A stretch of DNA of 40,051 bases from Clostridia bacterium (GCA_017382915.1 JAFNZJ010000134.1:1-40051); one strand, 5' to 3'. Shown: positions 17,071 to 27,813, counted from the stretch's first letter. Numbers and translations are program-made. Notes: generated by a model not told the origin, from the letters alone.

Positions 17071-17928
17071 TTATACGCTTTTTAAAATTTCAAGGGCTTT
17101 TTGCTTATCATTATCAATAGAATTTTTTAAATCTTCTACCGAAGCAAACCGCTGCTCAGCCCTTATAAAATCCACCAAAAATACCTTTGCGGTTTTACCG
17201 TAAACACTTTTATCAAAATCAAAAATATTGGTTTCGCTTATGGTGTAGTCGGTTTTAAAGGTTGGGCGGATGCCAATATCGGTAACCGATTTATAAATTT
17301 TGCCGTCAATTTCAGTAAGGCTGGCATAAACACCGTATTTAGGCTTAACCATTATTTCGGGGTAAAGCTGATTTATGGTGGGAAAGCCCAATACCCTGCC
17401 ACGCTCATCACCGTGTAATACGGGTGCGGTGTAGCAAAACCTTCTGCCAAGCATTTGATTGGCTAAAGCAATTTCACCATTTAAAACCGCCTGCCTTATT
17501 CGTGTGCTTGAAACGGGCATATCGCCGCTTAATACCGCATTGGCAAGGCAAAATTTAATGCCATTTTCATTGCAAAAGGTTTGCAAATCATCGGTACTGC
17601 CCAAAGCGTTTTTGCCAAACCTGAAATTAAAGCCCGATGCAATAACCGAAGGGTTATATTCTTTTGCTATATCGGTTAAAAACTGTGTAGCGGTAAGGTT
17701 TTTAATTTTTTCAAAATCTAAAACTACAACCTTTATACCCAACCGCTGCATAGCAGTTATCTTTTCTTCGGGTGTCATTAAAAGGTTTTTGCATTCACTT
17801 GCCTTAGGGGGTAGATTAAAGGTAAGGGCAATAGGACTGCCGCCCTTATTAAGAATTTGATTTAAAACGGCCTTATGCCCTATATGCAGGCCGTCAAAAG
17901 TGCCTAAAGCGACCATATTTTTGGGCAT
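17071..17928 (-). CDS. ribF: bifunctional riboflavin kinase / FMN adenylyltransferase
   Basis: 285 aa. N-terminal ALGTFDGLHIGH (FAD synthetase) and C-terminal GDERGR.LGFPT.N (riboflavin kinase). Confidence 0.9.
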   Translation of the reverse strand: MPKNMVALGTFDGLHIGHKAVLNQILNKGGSPIALTFNLPPKASECKNLLMTPEEKITAMQRLGIKVVVLDFEKIKNLTATQFLTDIAKEYNPSVIASGFNFRFGKNALGSTDDLQTFCNENGIKFCLANAVLSGDMPVSSTRIRQAVLNGEIALANQMLGRRFCYTAPVLHGDERGRVLGFPTINQLYPEIMVKPKYGVYASLTEIDGKIYKSVTDIGIRPTFKTDYTISETNIFDFDKSVYGKTAKVFLVDFIRAEQRFASVEDLKNSIDNDKQKALEILKSV

Positions 17929-17947
17929 AAGTCACGCATCCTTTCGG

Positions 17948-18871
17948 TTAATTATCGTCGGTAAAATGGTGTGTAAGGCAGTTTATTTTAAGGCAGGCTT
18001 TATTAGTATCAACCTCACCAAGACCTAAAAACTTATTCATACCCTTTACACGAAAAATCTGACCATTTTTTGGTGGTACAGAAAATTTAAGTCTACCCAA
18101 ATCAAGCTCACCGCCGTTAATAAACCTATTGGCCTGCGCGCTTGAAACGGTCAGTTCATCATACCCCATTACGGCCTTTTCACAGTCTAATAAATATAAG
18201 CCGATATTTTCAGGGGTAAGGTCATTTAAATCAACACACTGTTTTAAACTAAAGCCTGCGGTTTTGGTGCGGGTAAGGGCGGTAAGCATAGCGCCTGTAC
18301 CAAGCTTCTCACCAATATCGGCCGCAAGCGAGCGAATATAGGTGCCCTTTGAACAAAGCACCCTTATTTCAAAGGTGTTTTTGTTAAAGCTTAAAAGCTC
18401 CAGTTCAAAAATTTCAATATCCCTGGGCTTTCGTTCAACCTGTTTACCCTCACGGGCAAGGTCATAAAGCCTAACACCATCTTTTTTAATTGCCGAATAC
18501 ATTGGGGGTGTTTGCTGCTGTTTACCCAAAAAGGTTTTTAGCACATCTTCAAGCTGATTTTTAGTAACGCTAACCTCACTTTTAGATAAAACACTGCCTG
18601 TTCTATCCAGAGTATCGGTTGTGGTACCAAGCTCCACCCTTGCTATATATTCCTTATCGGCATCAAGCATCATACCGCAAAGCACGGTGGCGCGACCAAC
18701 AAATATTGGCAAAACCCCCGTAGCCATTGGGTCTAATGTACCGGTATGCCCCACCCTTTTTTGGTGCAAAAGCCACTTGATTTTTGACACCGCCGAAAAT
18801 GAGGTTATACCTTCAGGTTTATTTATCAGTAATAATCCCTGCACTGTCATCCTCCAAAACGGATTTAACAT
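17948..18871 (-). CDS. truB: tRNA pseudouridine(55) synthase
   Basis: GLLLINKPEGITSF and HTGTLDPMATGVL motifs. The start is uncertain (ATG 18871 or 18850); either one overlaps the 3' end of the upstream DHH gene. Confidence 0.88.
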   Translation of the reverse strand: MLNPFWRMTVQGLLLINKPEGITSFSAVSKIKWLLHQKRVGHTGTLDPMATGVLPIFVGRATVLCGMMLDADKEYIARVELGTTTDTLDRTGSVLSKSEVSVTKNQLEDVLKTFLGKQQQTPPMYSAIKKDGVRLYDLAREGKQVERKPRDIEIFELELLSFNKNTFEIRVLCSKGTYIRSLAADIGEKLGTGAMLTALTRTKTAGFSLKQCVDLNDLTPENIGLYLLDCEKAVMGYDELTVSSAQANRFINGGELDLGRLKFSVPPKNGQIFRVKGMNKFLGLGEVDTNKACLKINCLTHHFTDDN

Positions 18872-19829
18872 ATTTTAAAATTTCTTTTTTTGCCTGCTGT
18901 ACGCTAAATTCGGCGCCAAGCTGACAACCTGCGGCGCGTATATGACCGCCACCGCCAAGCTTTTTACAAATTTCTGACGCATCAACGGGTGGATAGGTTC
19001 TAACCGAAATTTTAAATCCGCCCTGCTGTCTTTCACGCATTGTTACACCAACAATAACGCCCTCAATACTGCGGGATATAGAAGTAATACCCTCTAAATC
19101 CTCATCCTTGCAGCCGGTTTTTTCATACATTTCACGGGTGACGGTGATTATTGCACACCTGTCATCAAAATGAAACTCCATAGCCTCTAACGCCATACGC
19201 TCAAGCTCCACGCGTATGCGGCTTTTGGTTTCAAACATAATACGGTTAATTTCAGCCGTATCAATACCACATTCCATTAAATTAGCGCCTATACGAAGGG
19301 TTTTGGCGGTGGTGTTTGAAAACCTAAAACAGCCTGTATCGGTTGAAATACCGGTATAAAGGGCAAGCGCCATAGTCTTATCAACATTAACGCCTAAAAG
19401 CAATGCCAAATCATAAATACATTCACAGTTGGCGGCGGCACTGGCATCTAAATAGGTAAGCTTTGCATAGCCGTTATTTGAAACATGGTGGTCAATACAA
19501 AGCTCAACCCTGTCTTTATATTCAGCCTCTAAATCGCCCAAAAGCTTACTATCGGCAACATCCACCGCAATAACGGTGGTTTTTTTGCCAAAATCACAGT
19601 TTTGTGGGGCAAATTTAGTAAAATAACTGTATTTTTCAGGTATTTCATCCGAACAAATAACGGTTGAAGTTTTGCCCATACTATTTAGTAGCATAGCAAG
19701 ACCAAAGCCTGAGCCTAAAGTATCGCCGTCGGGATTTTGGTGGGTTAAAATAACAAAGTTATCATTATTTTTTAAAAACTCCGCCGTTTGCATAAGGGTT
19801 ATAAAACCCTGCTTTGCAGTATCTAACAA
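18819..19829 (-). CDS. nrnA: DHH/DHHA1 family phosphoesterase (NrnA-like oligoribonuclease/pAp phosphatase)
   Basis: HQNPDGDTLGS, DHH (CIDHH) and C-terminal GGGH motifs. It holds the conserved position between rbfA and truB. Confidence 0.8.
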   Translation of the reverse strand: MLDTAKQGFITLMQTAEFLKNNDNFVILTHQNPDGDTLGSGFGLAMLLNSMGKTSTVICSDEIPEKYSYFTKFAPQNCDFGKKTTVIAVDVADSKLLGDLEAEYKDRVELCIDHHVSNNGYAKLTYLDASAAANCECIYDLALLLGVNVDKTMALALYTGISTDTGCFRFSNTTAKTLRIGANLMECGIDTAEINRIMFETKSRIRVELERMALEAMEFHFDDRCAIITVTREMYEKTGCKDEDLEGITSISRSIEGVIVGVTMRERQQGGFKISVRTYPPVDASEICKKLGGGGHIRAAGCQLGAEFSVQQAKKEILKYVKSVLEDDSAGIITDK

Positions 19830-19831
19830 TA

Positions 19832-20197
19832 TTAGTCCTCCTTATCAGAAGAATCTTGGTGGTCAAAGGATTCAATAATGTTCATAATCTGCGCGCTTTT
19901 TATTATAGAATCATCTGCAACAAAGCGCAGTTCAGGAACCTTGCGTAGCTTAAGGCGGCTGCCAAGCTCACGGCGGATAAAGCCCGCCGCGCTTTTTAGC
20001 CCCTTAACCGACTGCAGGGTTGCATCATAGCCCTCAATGGCGCTTACATAAACGGTAGCATAGGATAAATCGCCCGAAACATCCACCTTTACTACGCCAA
20101 TAAGCGGGCTTACTCTTGGGTCTTTAACCTCACGCAGAAGTGAGCTTAAAGCCATTTGTATATCAGAAGTGATTCTTCCGTGCTTAAATCCAGCCAT
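19832..20197 (-). CDS. rbfA: ribosome-binding factor A
   Basis: 121 aa. R.....I...L..LL..EVKDPRV and L....P.L.F..D pattern; directly downstream of infB. Confidence 0.9.
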   Translation of the reverse strand: MAGFKHGRITSDIQMALSSLLREVKDPRVSPLIGVVKVDVSGDLSYATVYVSAIEGYDATLQSVKGLKSAAGFIRRELGSRLKLRKVPELRFVADDSIIKSAQIMNIIESFDHQDSSDKED

Positions 20198-20200
20198 AAC

Positions 20201-22750
20201 TTAATCTCTATACTCCTCAATAATAAAGGCTTCAAAAACGTCGCCTTCCTTAACATCGCCAAACTTTTCAAGGCCAATACCGCACTCATAACCCTGTGCA
20301 ACTTCCTTAACATCATCCTTAAAGCGGCGGAGAGATGAAATTTCATCCTCAGTGATAACTATGCCGTCACGAACAACGCGGATTTTTGCATTACGGGTAA
20401 CCTTACCATCGGTAACATAACAACCTGCAATGGTACCAACACTGGAGATTTTATAGGTATCACGAACCTCCACCTGACCAAGCTGTACCTCGCGGAATTT
20501 GGGTGCAAGCATACCCTTCATAGCGGCGGTAATTTCTTCAATACAATCATAAATAACGCGGTACATACGAATGTCAACGCCATCACGCTCGGCCGAGGCT
20601 TTGGCAACAGCATCGGGGCGAACATTAAAGCCAACTATAATGGCACCTGATGTGCCCGCAAGCATAACATCAGATTCATTTATGGCGCCAACGCCACCGT
20701 GAATAACCTTAACGCGTACCTCTTCGTTACTGATTTTTTCCAAGCTTTCACGAACGGCCTCAACAGAGCCTTGAACATCGGCCTTAACTATAACATTAAG
20801 CTCCTTCATATCGCCCTCCTCCAAATGAGAGAAGAGGTTATCAAGGGTAACCTTTTGTGCGGCCTTAAACTGCTCTTCCTTGGCTTTTTGCTTTCTTTGC
20901 TCAACCAACTGACGGGCAAGGCGTTCATCACTAACGGCATCAAATGCATCGCCAGCTGAAGGTACTTCGGCAAGGCCGGTAATTTCAACAGGAACAGATG
21001 GACCTGCAACCTTTACGGTTTGACCCTTTTCATTGGTCATAATTCTTACACGACCAACAGAAGTGCCTGCAACGATAATATCACCTGTGTTAAGTGTACC
21101 GTTTTGAACCAGAAGTGTAGCAACAGGGCCCCTACCCTTATCAAGGCGGGCTTCAATAACTATACCCTTTGCACGGCGGTCGGGATTGGCTTTAAGCTCC
21201 ATCATTTCTGCTACAAGCAGGATATTTTCAAGCAAAACATCAATACCCTGATGTGTATGTGCCGAAACGGGAACACAAATAACATCGCCGCCCCACTCTT
21301 CAGGTACCAAGGAATGCTCGGTAAGCTGTTGCTTAACGCGGTCGGGGTTGGCTTCAGGTTTATCCATTTTATTTATGGCAACGATAATTTGAACATCGGC
21401 AGCCTTTGCGTGGTTAATAGCCTCAATAGTCTGTGGCATAATACCGTCATCTGCGGCAACAACCAAAACTGCAATATCGGTAGCCATTGCGCCACGCTGA
21501 CGCATTGAGGTAAATGCGGCGTGACCGGGGGTATCAAGGAAGGTAATATCCTGACCTTCATGATTAACACGGTAAGCACCTATGTGCTGGGTAATACCGC
21601 CAGCCTCGGTTGAGGTAACCTTTGCGTTACGAATAGCATCCAAAAGGGATGTTTTACCGTGGTCAACGTGACCCATAACAACAACAACGGGGCTGCGGGG
21701 TTTTAAGCTTTCTGCGGTATCCTCGGTGTCATCCATAATTCTTTCTTCAATGGTAACAACAACCGCTTTTTTGATTTTACAGCCCATTTCAAGCACTACG
21801 ATTTCGGCTGTATCATAGTCAATTGTCTGGGTTACAGAGGCCATAACACCAAGCTTCATAAGCTCCTTAATAACCTCTGCGGCGGTCTTTTTAAGACCTG
21901 CGGCAAGTTCGCCAACAGTAATTTCATCACCAACAGTAACGGTGATGGGGGTTTTCTTAATGCGTTCTAACTGCATACGGCGAATTCTATCCTGCTCGGT
22001 CTCCCTTTTAACACCCTGTGGGCGTCTTTGGTCGCGGGATTTTTGCTTAATTTTTTGCTTGCGCTGCATATTATCCTTCATGGTGTTTGCGGGCGCAATG
22101 CTTTCATATTTTTCATTATACTTTTCAAGCTCAACATTGTTGGCTCTGGTATCAACGCGGCGAATTTGTGCAGGACCGCGATTAGGTGCGGGACCGCCAA
22201 CCTTTTCCTTTTTGGGTTGTGGCGGAATAACAATAGGCTCACCCTTGGGCTCGGGCTTTGAGGCGGGTTCTGCCTGCTTTTTAGGCTCGGCCTTTTTGGG
22301 TGCAGCAGGGGCCTTGGGCTGCTCTGCCTTTGCTTTAGGTTTAGCACCTGCAACCTCAACCTTTTTATCAAGCTTTTGGGGCTGGGGTTTATCCTCTGCC
22401 TTTTTAGCGGCAGGCTTTTTATCCTCGGCAGGCTTTGGCTCATCCTTAACGCCGTCACGCTTTTTGCGTGCTTCGGCAGCCTCTTTTTTAATTTGCTCAA
22501 GCTTTTTAAGCTCGGCCTCTTTATCCTTTTTAGCCTTTTGCCTTGCCTCATTACCGGCGGCAAAATAGGCATCAAAGTTAGCCACCGAATGTTTGGTGGT
22601 AAGCTGGTTGAAAATATAGTCAAGCTCATTTTCCTCTAAAGAGTTTGAGCTTTTCTTGGGCTCACCGCCCAAGGGTGCCAAAATTGCGGCAATATCTTTT
22701 GATGTTAAGGCAAAATCCTTTGCAACATCACTAACCTTATATTTAATCAT
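20201..22750 (-). CDS. infB: translation initiation factor IF-2
   Basis: ATG 22750 with AAGGAGG 9 nt upstream and an ATGA overlap with the ylxQ stop. K/A/P/E-rich N-terminal region and GTPase motifs [14 protein letters not shown] and NKMD. Confidence 0.95.
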   Translation of the reverse strand: MIKYKVSDVAKDFALTSKDIAAILAPLGGEPKKSSNSLEENELDYIFNQLTTKHSVANFDAYFAAGNEARQKAKKDKEAELKKLEQIKKEAAEARKKRDGVKDEPKPAEDKKPAAKKAEDKPQPQKLDKKVEVAGAKPKAKAEQPKAPAAPKKAEPKKQAEPASKPEPKGEPIVIPPQPKKEKVGGPAPNRGPAQIRRVDTRANNVELEKYNEKYESIAPANTMKDNMQRKQKIKQKSRDQRRPQGVKRETEQDRIRRMQLERIKKTPITVTVGDEITVGELAAGLKKTAAEVIKELMKLGVMASVTQTIDYDTAEIVVLEMGCKIKKAVVVTIEERIMDDTEDTAESLKPRSPVVVVMGHVDHGKTSLLDAIRNAKVTSTEAGGITQHIGAYRVNHEGQDITFLDTPGHAAFTSMRQRGAMATDIAVLVVAADDGIMPQTIEAINHAKAADVQIIVAINKMDKPEANPDRVKQQLTEHSLVPEEWGGDVICVPVSAHTHQGIDVLLENILLVAEMMELKANPDRRAKGIVIEARLDKGRGPVATLLVQNGTLNTGDIIVAGTSVGRVRIMTNEKGQTVKVAGPSVPVEITGLAEVPSAGDAFDAVSDERLARQLVEQRKQKAKEEQFKAAQKVTLDNLFSHLEEGDMKELNVIVKADVQGSVEAVRESLEKISNEEVRVKVIHGGVGAINESDVMLAGTSGAIIVGFNVRPDAVAKASAERDGVDIRMYRVIYDCIEEITAAMKGMLAPKFREVQLGQVEVRDTYKISSVGTIAGCYVTDGKVTRNAKIRVVRDGIVITEDEISSLRRFKDDVKEVAQGYECGIGLEKFGDVKEGDVFEAFIIEEYRD

Positions 22751-23055
22751 AAATTGTTTCCTCCTTGCAAAATTGCTTTGCAAAAGCCTTCATCGGCGGT
22801 GGCAAGCACACCTGCTGTGGTTTTAGTGGCGTGGGCAACCGTTTCACGGTCAAAGTCAAGTCTTATAAAAACTGCACCGCCGCCGCTTGCATGGTATTTA
22901 AGTTCTTTTTCGGTTTTTGCGGATATATCACTGCTAAGCATAACCAAACAGTTGCCGCCCTTTTTAACAAGCTCGGTAACCTTTTCGGTGCCTGCAACAA
23001 GTTTGCCCGCTTTTTTACAAAATCCTAAAAGGGTTAAAACTTTACTTTGAACCAA
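22747..23055 (-). CDS. ylxQ: L7Ae/YlxQ-family RNA-binding protein
   Basis: The conserved core is [17 protein letters not shown].......K..LV.LS.D.S..T.K. I prefer the TTG start at 23055 (AAGGAGA 9 nt upstream) because the N-terminal 23 aa of the track ORF overlap ylxR and look non-coding. Confidence 0.7.
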   Translation of the reverse strand: MVQSKVLTLLGFCKKAGKLVAGTEKVTELVKKGGNCLVMLSSDISAKTEKELKYHASGGGAVFIRLDFDRETVAHATKTTAGVLATADEGFCKAILQGGNNL

Positions 23056-23317
23056 GCAAGTCCATCTCCTTTTCAAGGGAATTGTAAATTTCATTTGGAA
23101 TAGCAACAGAAAAAGAACGTTCAATTCTTTTGGATTTTATAGCCTTTTCTAAACAGGCTTTACTACGGCATATATATGCGCCGCGACCGTTTTTCTTACC
23201 GGTAAAATCCAGCGAAATATTACCTTCGGGGTCTTTAACAACACGAATAAGCTCATTTTTAGGCTTCATTTCATTGCAGCCAAGACACATACGAAGCGGT
23301 ATTTTTTTAAGGCCCAT
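23042..23317 (-). CDS. ylxR: YlxR/RnpM (DUF448) family protein
   Basis: 91 aa. PLRMCLGC......ELIRVV and GRGAYIC motifs; between nusA and ylxQ. Confidence 0.85.
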   Translation of the reverse strand: MGLKKIPLRMCLGCNEMKPKNELIRVVKDPEGNISLDFTGKKNGRGAYICRSKACLEKAIKSKRIERSFSVAIPNEIYNSLEKEMDLLGSK

Positions 23318-23370
23318 TAAGCCACTTTCCTTTCAGCAATAAAATTCATTAACCGATATATGGGGTGATA

Positions 23371-24438
23371 TTATTCCTCATCCTCACCGTAATATCCGCT
23401 TTCAGGACGGATATCAATTTTCCAACCGGTAAGGCGTGCGGCAAGGCGCACGTTTTGGCCCTTATTACCAATTGCAAGGGAGAGTTGTGAATCGGGAACG
23501 GTTGCGCGGCAGGCTTTAGGCTCTTCACTTAAAATTTCCACCGAAACAACCTTTGCGGGTGAAAGTGCTTCAGAAATATACATAACAGGGTCTTCTGAAT
23601 ATTTAACAATTTCAATCTTTTCGCCCGAAAGCTCTTCAACGATTTTATTAACACGGGCACCGCGCTGACCTATACAAGCGCCGACTGCATCAATTTCTTC
23701 ATTTGCACTATAAACGGCAAGCTTACTTTTAGCACCCGCCTGGCGAGATACAGCCTTAATTTCAATAGTGCCGTCAAATATTTCGGGTACTTCCATTTCA
23801 AAAAGGCGCTTTACAAGGCCGGGGTGTGTTCTTGAAATGATTGCCTTGGGACCTTTTTCGGTATCTTTAACATCTACAACATAAACCTTAATATGGTCGC
23901 CCTCACGAAGGACTTCATCAGGTACCTGCTCACTTTTAAGTAAAACAGCCTCACCCCTGCCAATGTTAATGGTGGCATTGCCGGTTTTGGGGTCAATGCG
24001 CTCAACAGTGGCGGTAACAAGCTCACGGTTGCGGCTTTGGAACTCTGCCAAGGTTTGACCTTTTTCAGCCTCTTTAATGCCTTGACGGATAACATGCTTA
24101 CAGGTTTGGGCCATTATACGACCAAATTTTTTGGTGTCAAGCGCAATGTCAACATGGTCGCCAAGCTTTGCAGATTTTTTATGTGCCTTTGCCTGCTCAA
24201 GGGTAAGCTGTGAATAGGTATCCTCCACCTCTTCAACAACATCCTTGCGAACATAAACCTTCATTTTTTGTTTTTCTAAATCAATGTCGCAAAATACTAT
24301 TTCTCTGCCGCCGTACTCTTTTTTAACTGCGGTGATAATAGCATTTGAGATTTTTTCTGCAAGATATTCGGCGCTTATGCCTTTTTCCTGCTCCATCAGT
24401 GTTAATGCTTCAAAAAATTCTTTGTTTGCCTTACTCAT
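23371..24438 (-). CDS. nusA: transcription termination/antitermination factor NusA
   Basis: 355 aa with N-terminal domain, S1 and two KH domains (GACIGQRGARV, AIGNKGQNVRLA). Confidence 0.95.
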   Translation of the reverse strand: MSKANKEFFEALTLMEQEKGISAEYLAEKISNAIITAVKKEYGGREIVFCDIDLEKQKMKVYVRKDVVEEVEDTYSQLTLEQAKAHKKSAKLGDHVDIALDTKKFGRIMAQTCKHVIRQGIKEAEKGQTLAEFQSRNRELVTATVERIDPKTGNATINIGRGEAVLLKSEQVPDEVLREGDHIKVYVVDVKDTEKGPKAIISRTHPGLVKRLFEMEVPEIFDGTIEIKAVSRQAGAKSKLAVYSANEEIDAVGACIGQRGARVNKIVEELSGEKIEIVKYSEDPVMYISEALSPAKVVSVEILSEEPKACRATVPDSQLSLAIGNKGQNVRLAARLTGWKIDIRPESGYYGEDEE

Positions 24439-24474
24439 TTTTTATAATAACCTCCAAAAAGTTTTTATACTTAA

Positions 24475-24933
24475 CTAATCTAAATCGCAAAGGGTTGCCT
24501 TTGCAACCTCTGCGGCTTTATACTGTTTTACTTCGCCCTCAACCTGTAAAACGGGACCGTCCGAATATTCGGTTAAAATTCCCCTAACAGATTTTGAGCC
24601 GTTTTCTGCCTTATACAGGGTGAGCTTGACCTCACTGCCGATAAAGGCTAAAAAGTGCTGCTCGGTTTTAAGTTCACGGTTTAGACCGGGTGAGCAAACC
24701 TCTAAATAATATGAAACATCAATAGGGTCATGCTCATCTAAAATGGGGTCGATTGCGTGGGAAACATTTGTGCAGTCGTCAATTGAAACGCCGCTATCTT
24801 TATCAATAAAGACACGAAGGTAGTATGAAGCGCCCTCCTTAACGAAGCGGACATCCCACAAAATAAGGCCTAACTGTTCAACCGTTGGTTTAATAAGCTC
24901 TGCCACCAATTTAGCGGTATGGTTACCTGCCAA
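24475..24933 (-). CDS. rimP: ribosome maturation factor RimP
   Basis: 152 aa, TTG start. ...V..LI.PTVEQLGL.LWDV.F.KEG....LRV.ID pattern; first gene of the nusA-infB operon. Confidence 0.88.
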   Translation of the reverse strand: MAGNHTAKLVAELIKPTVEQLGLILWDVRFVKEGASYYLRVFIDKDSGVSIDDCTNVSHAIDPILDEHDPIDVSYYLEVCSPGLNRELKTEQHFLAFIGSEVKLTLYKAENGSKSVRGILTEYSDGPVLQVEGEVKQYKAAEVAKATLCDLD

Positions 24934-24971
24934 TTTGCATCAAGCACCTTTCTTTTTTAAGTAAAAGTCGT

Positions 24972-25005
24972 GACAAAAAGTAGAGAGCGGGTTGCCCCAC
25001 TCTCC
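24972..25005 (-). terminator. terminator-like hairpin inside the rimP-nusA leader (candidate attenuator)
   Basis: On the minus strand, GAGAGTGGGGCAACCCGCTCTC forms 5+3 bp around one mismatch with a 4-nt loop, followed by TACTTTTTG. It lies between the predicted promoter (25029-25057) and the rimP RBS. Confidence 0.5.
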
Positions 25006-25028
25006 TTTCTAGCACATCTAACACAGTC

Positions 25029-25057
25029 ATTATAACATATGACCGCCCTAAAATCAA
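25029..25057 (-). promoter_or_regulatory. sigma-A-type promoter of the rimP-nusA-infB operon
   Basis: On the minus strand: TTGATT (25057-25052), 17-nt spacer ending in TGT, TATAAT (25034-25029). Confidence 0.7.
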
Positions 25058-25095
25058 TAGTTTTTTAATATTTTATTATATTATATATAATAAAG

Positions 25096-26580
25096 CTAAT
25101 TTTCGGTTGCGGCTTTTATGGTAAACCAAAAGCAAACTCCCTTTTCGGCGTTATAAACACCGTAGTCTTCACCGTGACCTTTGACTATGGCGGCGGCTAT
25201 TGAAAGTCCAAGCCCAAACCTGCCGCTTTCACGGTTATGAGATTTATCACCCCTATAAAAGCTTTGCCATATTTGGGGCATAATCTCCTCATCAATATGA
25301 CTGCCGCTATTATAAACGGTAACGCAGTATCTGTCCCCTTTGAGGATGGCAGTTATTTTAACATCGCCGCCAACATTTACATGGCTTGCTGCATTTTCTA
25401 AATAGCTTTTAAGCACCTGTTCAATTTGGTCAAGGTCGGCCAAGACAAGTGTATCTTCAGCAATATCAACCGAAAGGTTTATGTTTTTGCCTGCAAAAAT
25501 TCTTTCACTTATGGTCAAAACTATTGGGCACAGACTAAATTTTACGGGATTTATTGCCACCTGCCCCGCCTCATACCTTGAAAGGTTTAAAAGGCTAAGC
25601 ACCAGTTTATTCATTCGGTGGCTTTCATCAATTATTGTATCAATATATTTTTCTTTGGAATCGGCGTTTATGTTAACCTTAAGCCCTTCGGCATAGCCTT
25701 GGATAATTGAAATGGGGGTTTTAAGCTCATGCGAAACATTTGCAACAAAGCCGCGGCGCATATTGTCAAGCTGACGCTCAAGTTCAATTTCATTCTTAAG
25801 CTTGGCATTGGTTGCGTTAAGGTTGGACATAGTGTCATTAAGTCTTACCGACAAATCGTTAATTGAAACGGCCAACTGACCAATTTCATCCCCCGAGTCG
25901 GGTATAAGTTTTTCGGTAAAATCAAGCTGAGCCATATTGCGGGTAATTCGGTTCATATCACTTATGGGTTTTGAAATTTTGCGTGAAAACCAAAGAACCC
26001 AAAAAATTGATATTACAAGAAATATAACGGCAATAATTGTTATAAAGGTGTTGGCAATGGCGGCACTGTTTTTAATTTGGGCAATCTGCGTTCTGACCTC
26101 GGCAATAGCGGAATTGTTAAGCGAAAATCGGTAAACCAAATATTCATTTTTGCTAATTCTGTCAACCGCTCGTACCAGCACGCCATCCTTACCTGTTTTA
26201 TAAGATTTTTTAGTATCAAGCGGGCGGTGGTGCATATGAAGTCGGTCACTGTCTTCAAAAAAGAACTGCATCATTTGACCGCCTACCGAGGAATAAATTA
26301 TTCGGCCGTCATTTGAATAAACCTCTACCTCAAAACCATACTCATCCTCAATGGTGCTTATGACACTAATCATTTGTGCAGAGTTATTCAAATCGGTTTT
26401 TTTGATATCATCCGATACCAAAATCAAATCCTTTTTATGGGCATATTCATAATAGCTTGATAAAAAGGCGGTATTACAAAGTGTTAACAGTAAAACAAAG
26501 GCAACAATGATAATACCAACCCTTAAAAACAACCTAAACCAGAACTTATTATTAAGTTTTTTAAACTTTTCACTCAACAT
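25096..26580 (-). CDS. sensor histidine kinase (two TM segments, extracytoplasmic domain, HAMP, HisKA, HATPase_c)
   Basis: ATG 26580, 4 nt after the response regulator stop. H-box SHELKTPISIIQGYAEGL, HAMP segment and N/G boxes (YNSG..., GLGLSIA). Confidence 0.88.
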   Translation of the reverse strand: MLSEKFKKLNNKFWFRLFLRVGIIIVAFVLLLTLCNTAFLSSYYEYAHKKDLILVSDDIKKTDLNNSAQMISVISTIEDEYGFEVEVYSNDGRIIYSSVGGQMMQFFFEDSDRLHMHHRPLDTKKSYKTGKDGVLVRAVDRISKNEYLVYRFSLNNSAIAEVRTQIAQIKNSAAIANTFITIIAVIFLVISIFWVLWFSRKISKPISDMNRITRNMAQLDFTEKLIPDSGDEIGQLAVSINDLSVRLNDTMSNLNATNAKLKNEIELERQLDNMRRGFVANVSHELKTPISIIQGYAEGLKVNINADSKEKYIDTIIDESHRMNKLVLSLLNLSRYEAGQVAINPVKFSLCPIVLTISERIFAGKNINLSVDIAEDTLVLADLDQIEQVLKSYLENAASHVNVGGDVKITAILKGDRYCVTVYNSGSHIDEEIMPQIWQSFYRGDKSHNRESGRFGLGLSIAAAIVKGHGEDYGVYNAEKGVCFWFTIKAATEN

Positions 26581-26584
26581 AAAT

Positions 26585-27259
26585 TTACCACTCAAATTTA
26601 TACCCCATACCATAAACGGTTTTCAGATGTTTATTTCCGTATTCGCCAAGCTTTGTGCGTAGTCTGGCAACATGGGAGTCAACCGTTCTGTTGTCACCAT
26701 CAAAATCATAGCCCCACACCGCCGCCAAAATTTGGTCACGGGTAAGCACTATTGAACTATTTTCACTTAAAAATACAAGTATTTCAAATTCCTTTAGGGT
26801 TAATGAAACTACCTGCCCGTCAATATAGGCTACATAGGCATCTTTGTTAATAACCAGCCCCTTTTCGGGTAATAGGTTATCGCTAGCCTTTGCCCTGCGA
26901 AGCAAGGCTTCAATTCGTTTTACCAAAACGGCGGGCGAAAAAGGCTTGGTTACATAATCATCGGCGCCACTTTCAAACCCCATAAGCTGGTCAAATTCCT
27001 CTGCCCTGGCGGTTAGCAAAATTATGGGCAAGGCTGAAGTTTTTCTTATTTCTCTGCACACCTGCCAGCCATCAATTTCGGGCATCATAATATCCAAAAC
27101 GGCAAGCGAAATATCAGGGTTGGTTTTAAAGGCTTCAAGGGCTTTTTCACCATCTGCGGCGGTTATAACATCAAAATCAGATGCCTTTAAAAAATCGCTT
27201 ATAAGCTCGGTAATGCGTATTTCATCATCGGCAACCAGTATTAGCGGTTTGTTTGTCAT
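26585..27259 (-). CDS. OmpR/PhoB-family response regulator
   Basis: Receiver domain (ILVADDE, LDIMMP, K at LTA) and winged-helix output (LT.KEFE.L..L, VD.HV.RLR.KL, GMGYKF). Confidence 0.92.
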   Translation of the reverse strand: MTNKPLILVADDEIRITELISDFLKASDFDVITAADGEKALEAFKTNPDISLAVLDIMMPEIDGWQVCREIRKTSALPIILLTARAEEFDQLMGFESGADDYVTKPFSPAVLVKRIEALLRRAKASDNLLPEKGLVINKDAYVAYIDGQVVSLTLKEFEILVFLSENSSIVLTRDQILAAVWGYDFDGDNRTVDSHVARLRTKLGEYGNKHLKTVYGMGYKFEW

Positions 27260-27342
27260 AAAAAAATCCCCTTTAATATACTACAAACACTGTAGCATAA
27301 AAGATTATTATTTATGTGGTGTTATTGTTAACAAATTGTTAC

Positions 27343-27813
27343 TTAAAGCCTTAAAAGGTTTGGCACTATACCGTTTGGCGTCACATCAATTATGGCGTAA
27401 CCCGGTCCACCCTCTCCCCCGCCTAACGCACCGGGGCAGATAATATGCACACCCTTTATATATTCCGCTTTTTGAATATGGGTATGTCCGTATATTGCAA
27501 GTCTTACACCATTTTCAAGTGCGGCATTTAAAAGGTTTTGGGTGCCGCTTTTTACCGAATATGTATGACCGTGGGTTGCAAGTATTTTTACACCGCAAAT
27601 CTCACACATTACGGTAGATGGATATTTACTTAAAAAATCACAGTTACCGCTAATAAGTGTAAAGCGCTTACCCTTAAAAAAAGATGATATTTCTTCAGCA
27701 TCATCAACGCCGTCACCCAAAAAGAATATTTCATCAATATCACTGTGGCGTTCTAACACCTTTTCAAAATTGCTTTTTCTTCGGTGCATATCAGACACTA
27801 CCAAAATTCTCAT
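27343..27813 (-). CDS. YfcE/MJ0936-family metallophosphoesterase
   Basis: ATG 27813 with AAGGAG 7 nt upstream. MRILVVSDMH, GDG.D, GNCD and GHTH motifs. Confidence 0.85.
   Translation of the reverse strand: MRILVVSDMHRRKSNFEKVLERHSDIDEIFFLGDGVDDAEEISSFFKGKRFTLISGNCDFLSKYPSTVMCEICGVKILATHGHTYSVKSGTQNLLNAALENGVRLAIYGHTHIQKAEYIKGVHIICPGALGGGEGGPGYAIIDVTPNGIVPNLLRL

Noticed and set aside
22100-22520. Apparent DNA repetitiveness (AAGCC/AAAAAG-rich) in infB
   Set aside because: It is explained by the lysine/alanine/proline/glutamate-rich linker of IF-2, not by an independent repeat element.
21942-22639. Several long + strand ORFs (208, 87, 77 aa) and an alternative-frame minus-strand ORF (183 aa, 22078-22629) inside the infB N-terminal region
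   Set aside because: They lie within the K/A/P/E-rich, compositionally biased part of infB. Their products are low-complexity (S/L/F/G-rich on the antisense frames, K/P/S/L/R-rich on the same-strand alternative frame) and lack RBSs. They are typical shadow ORFs.
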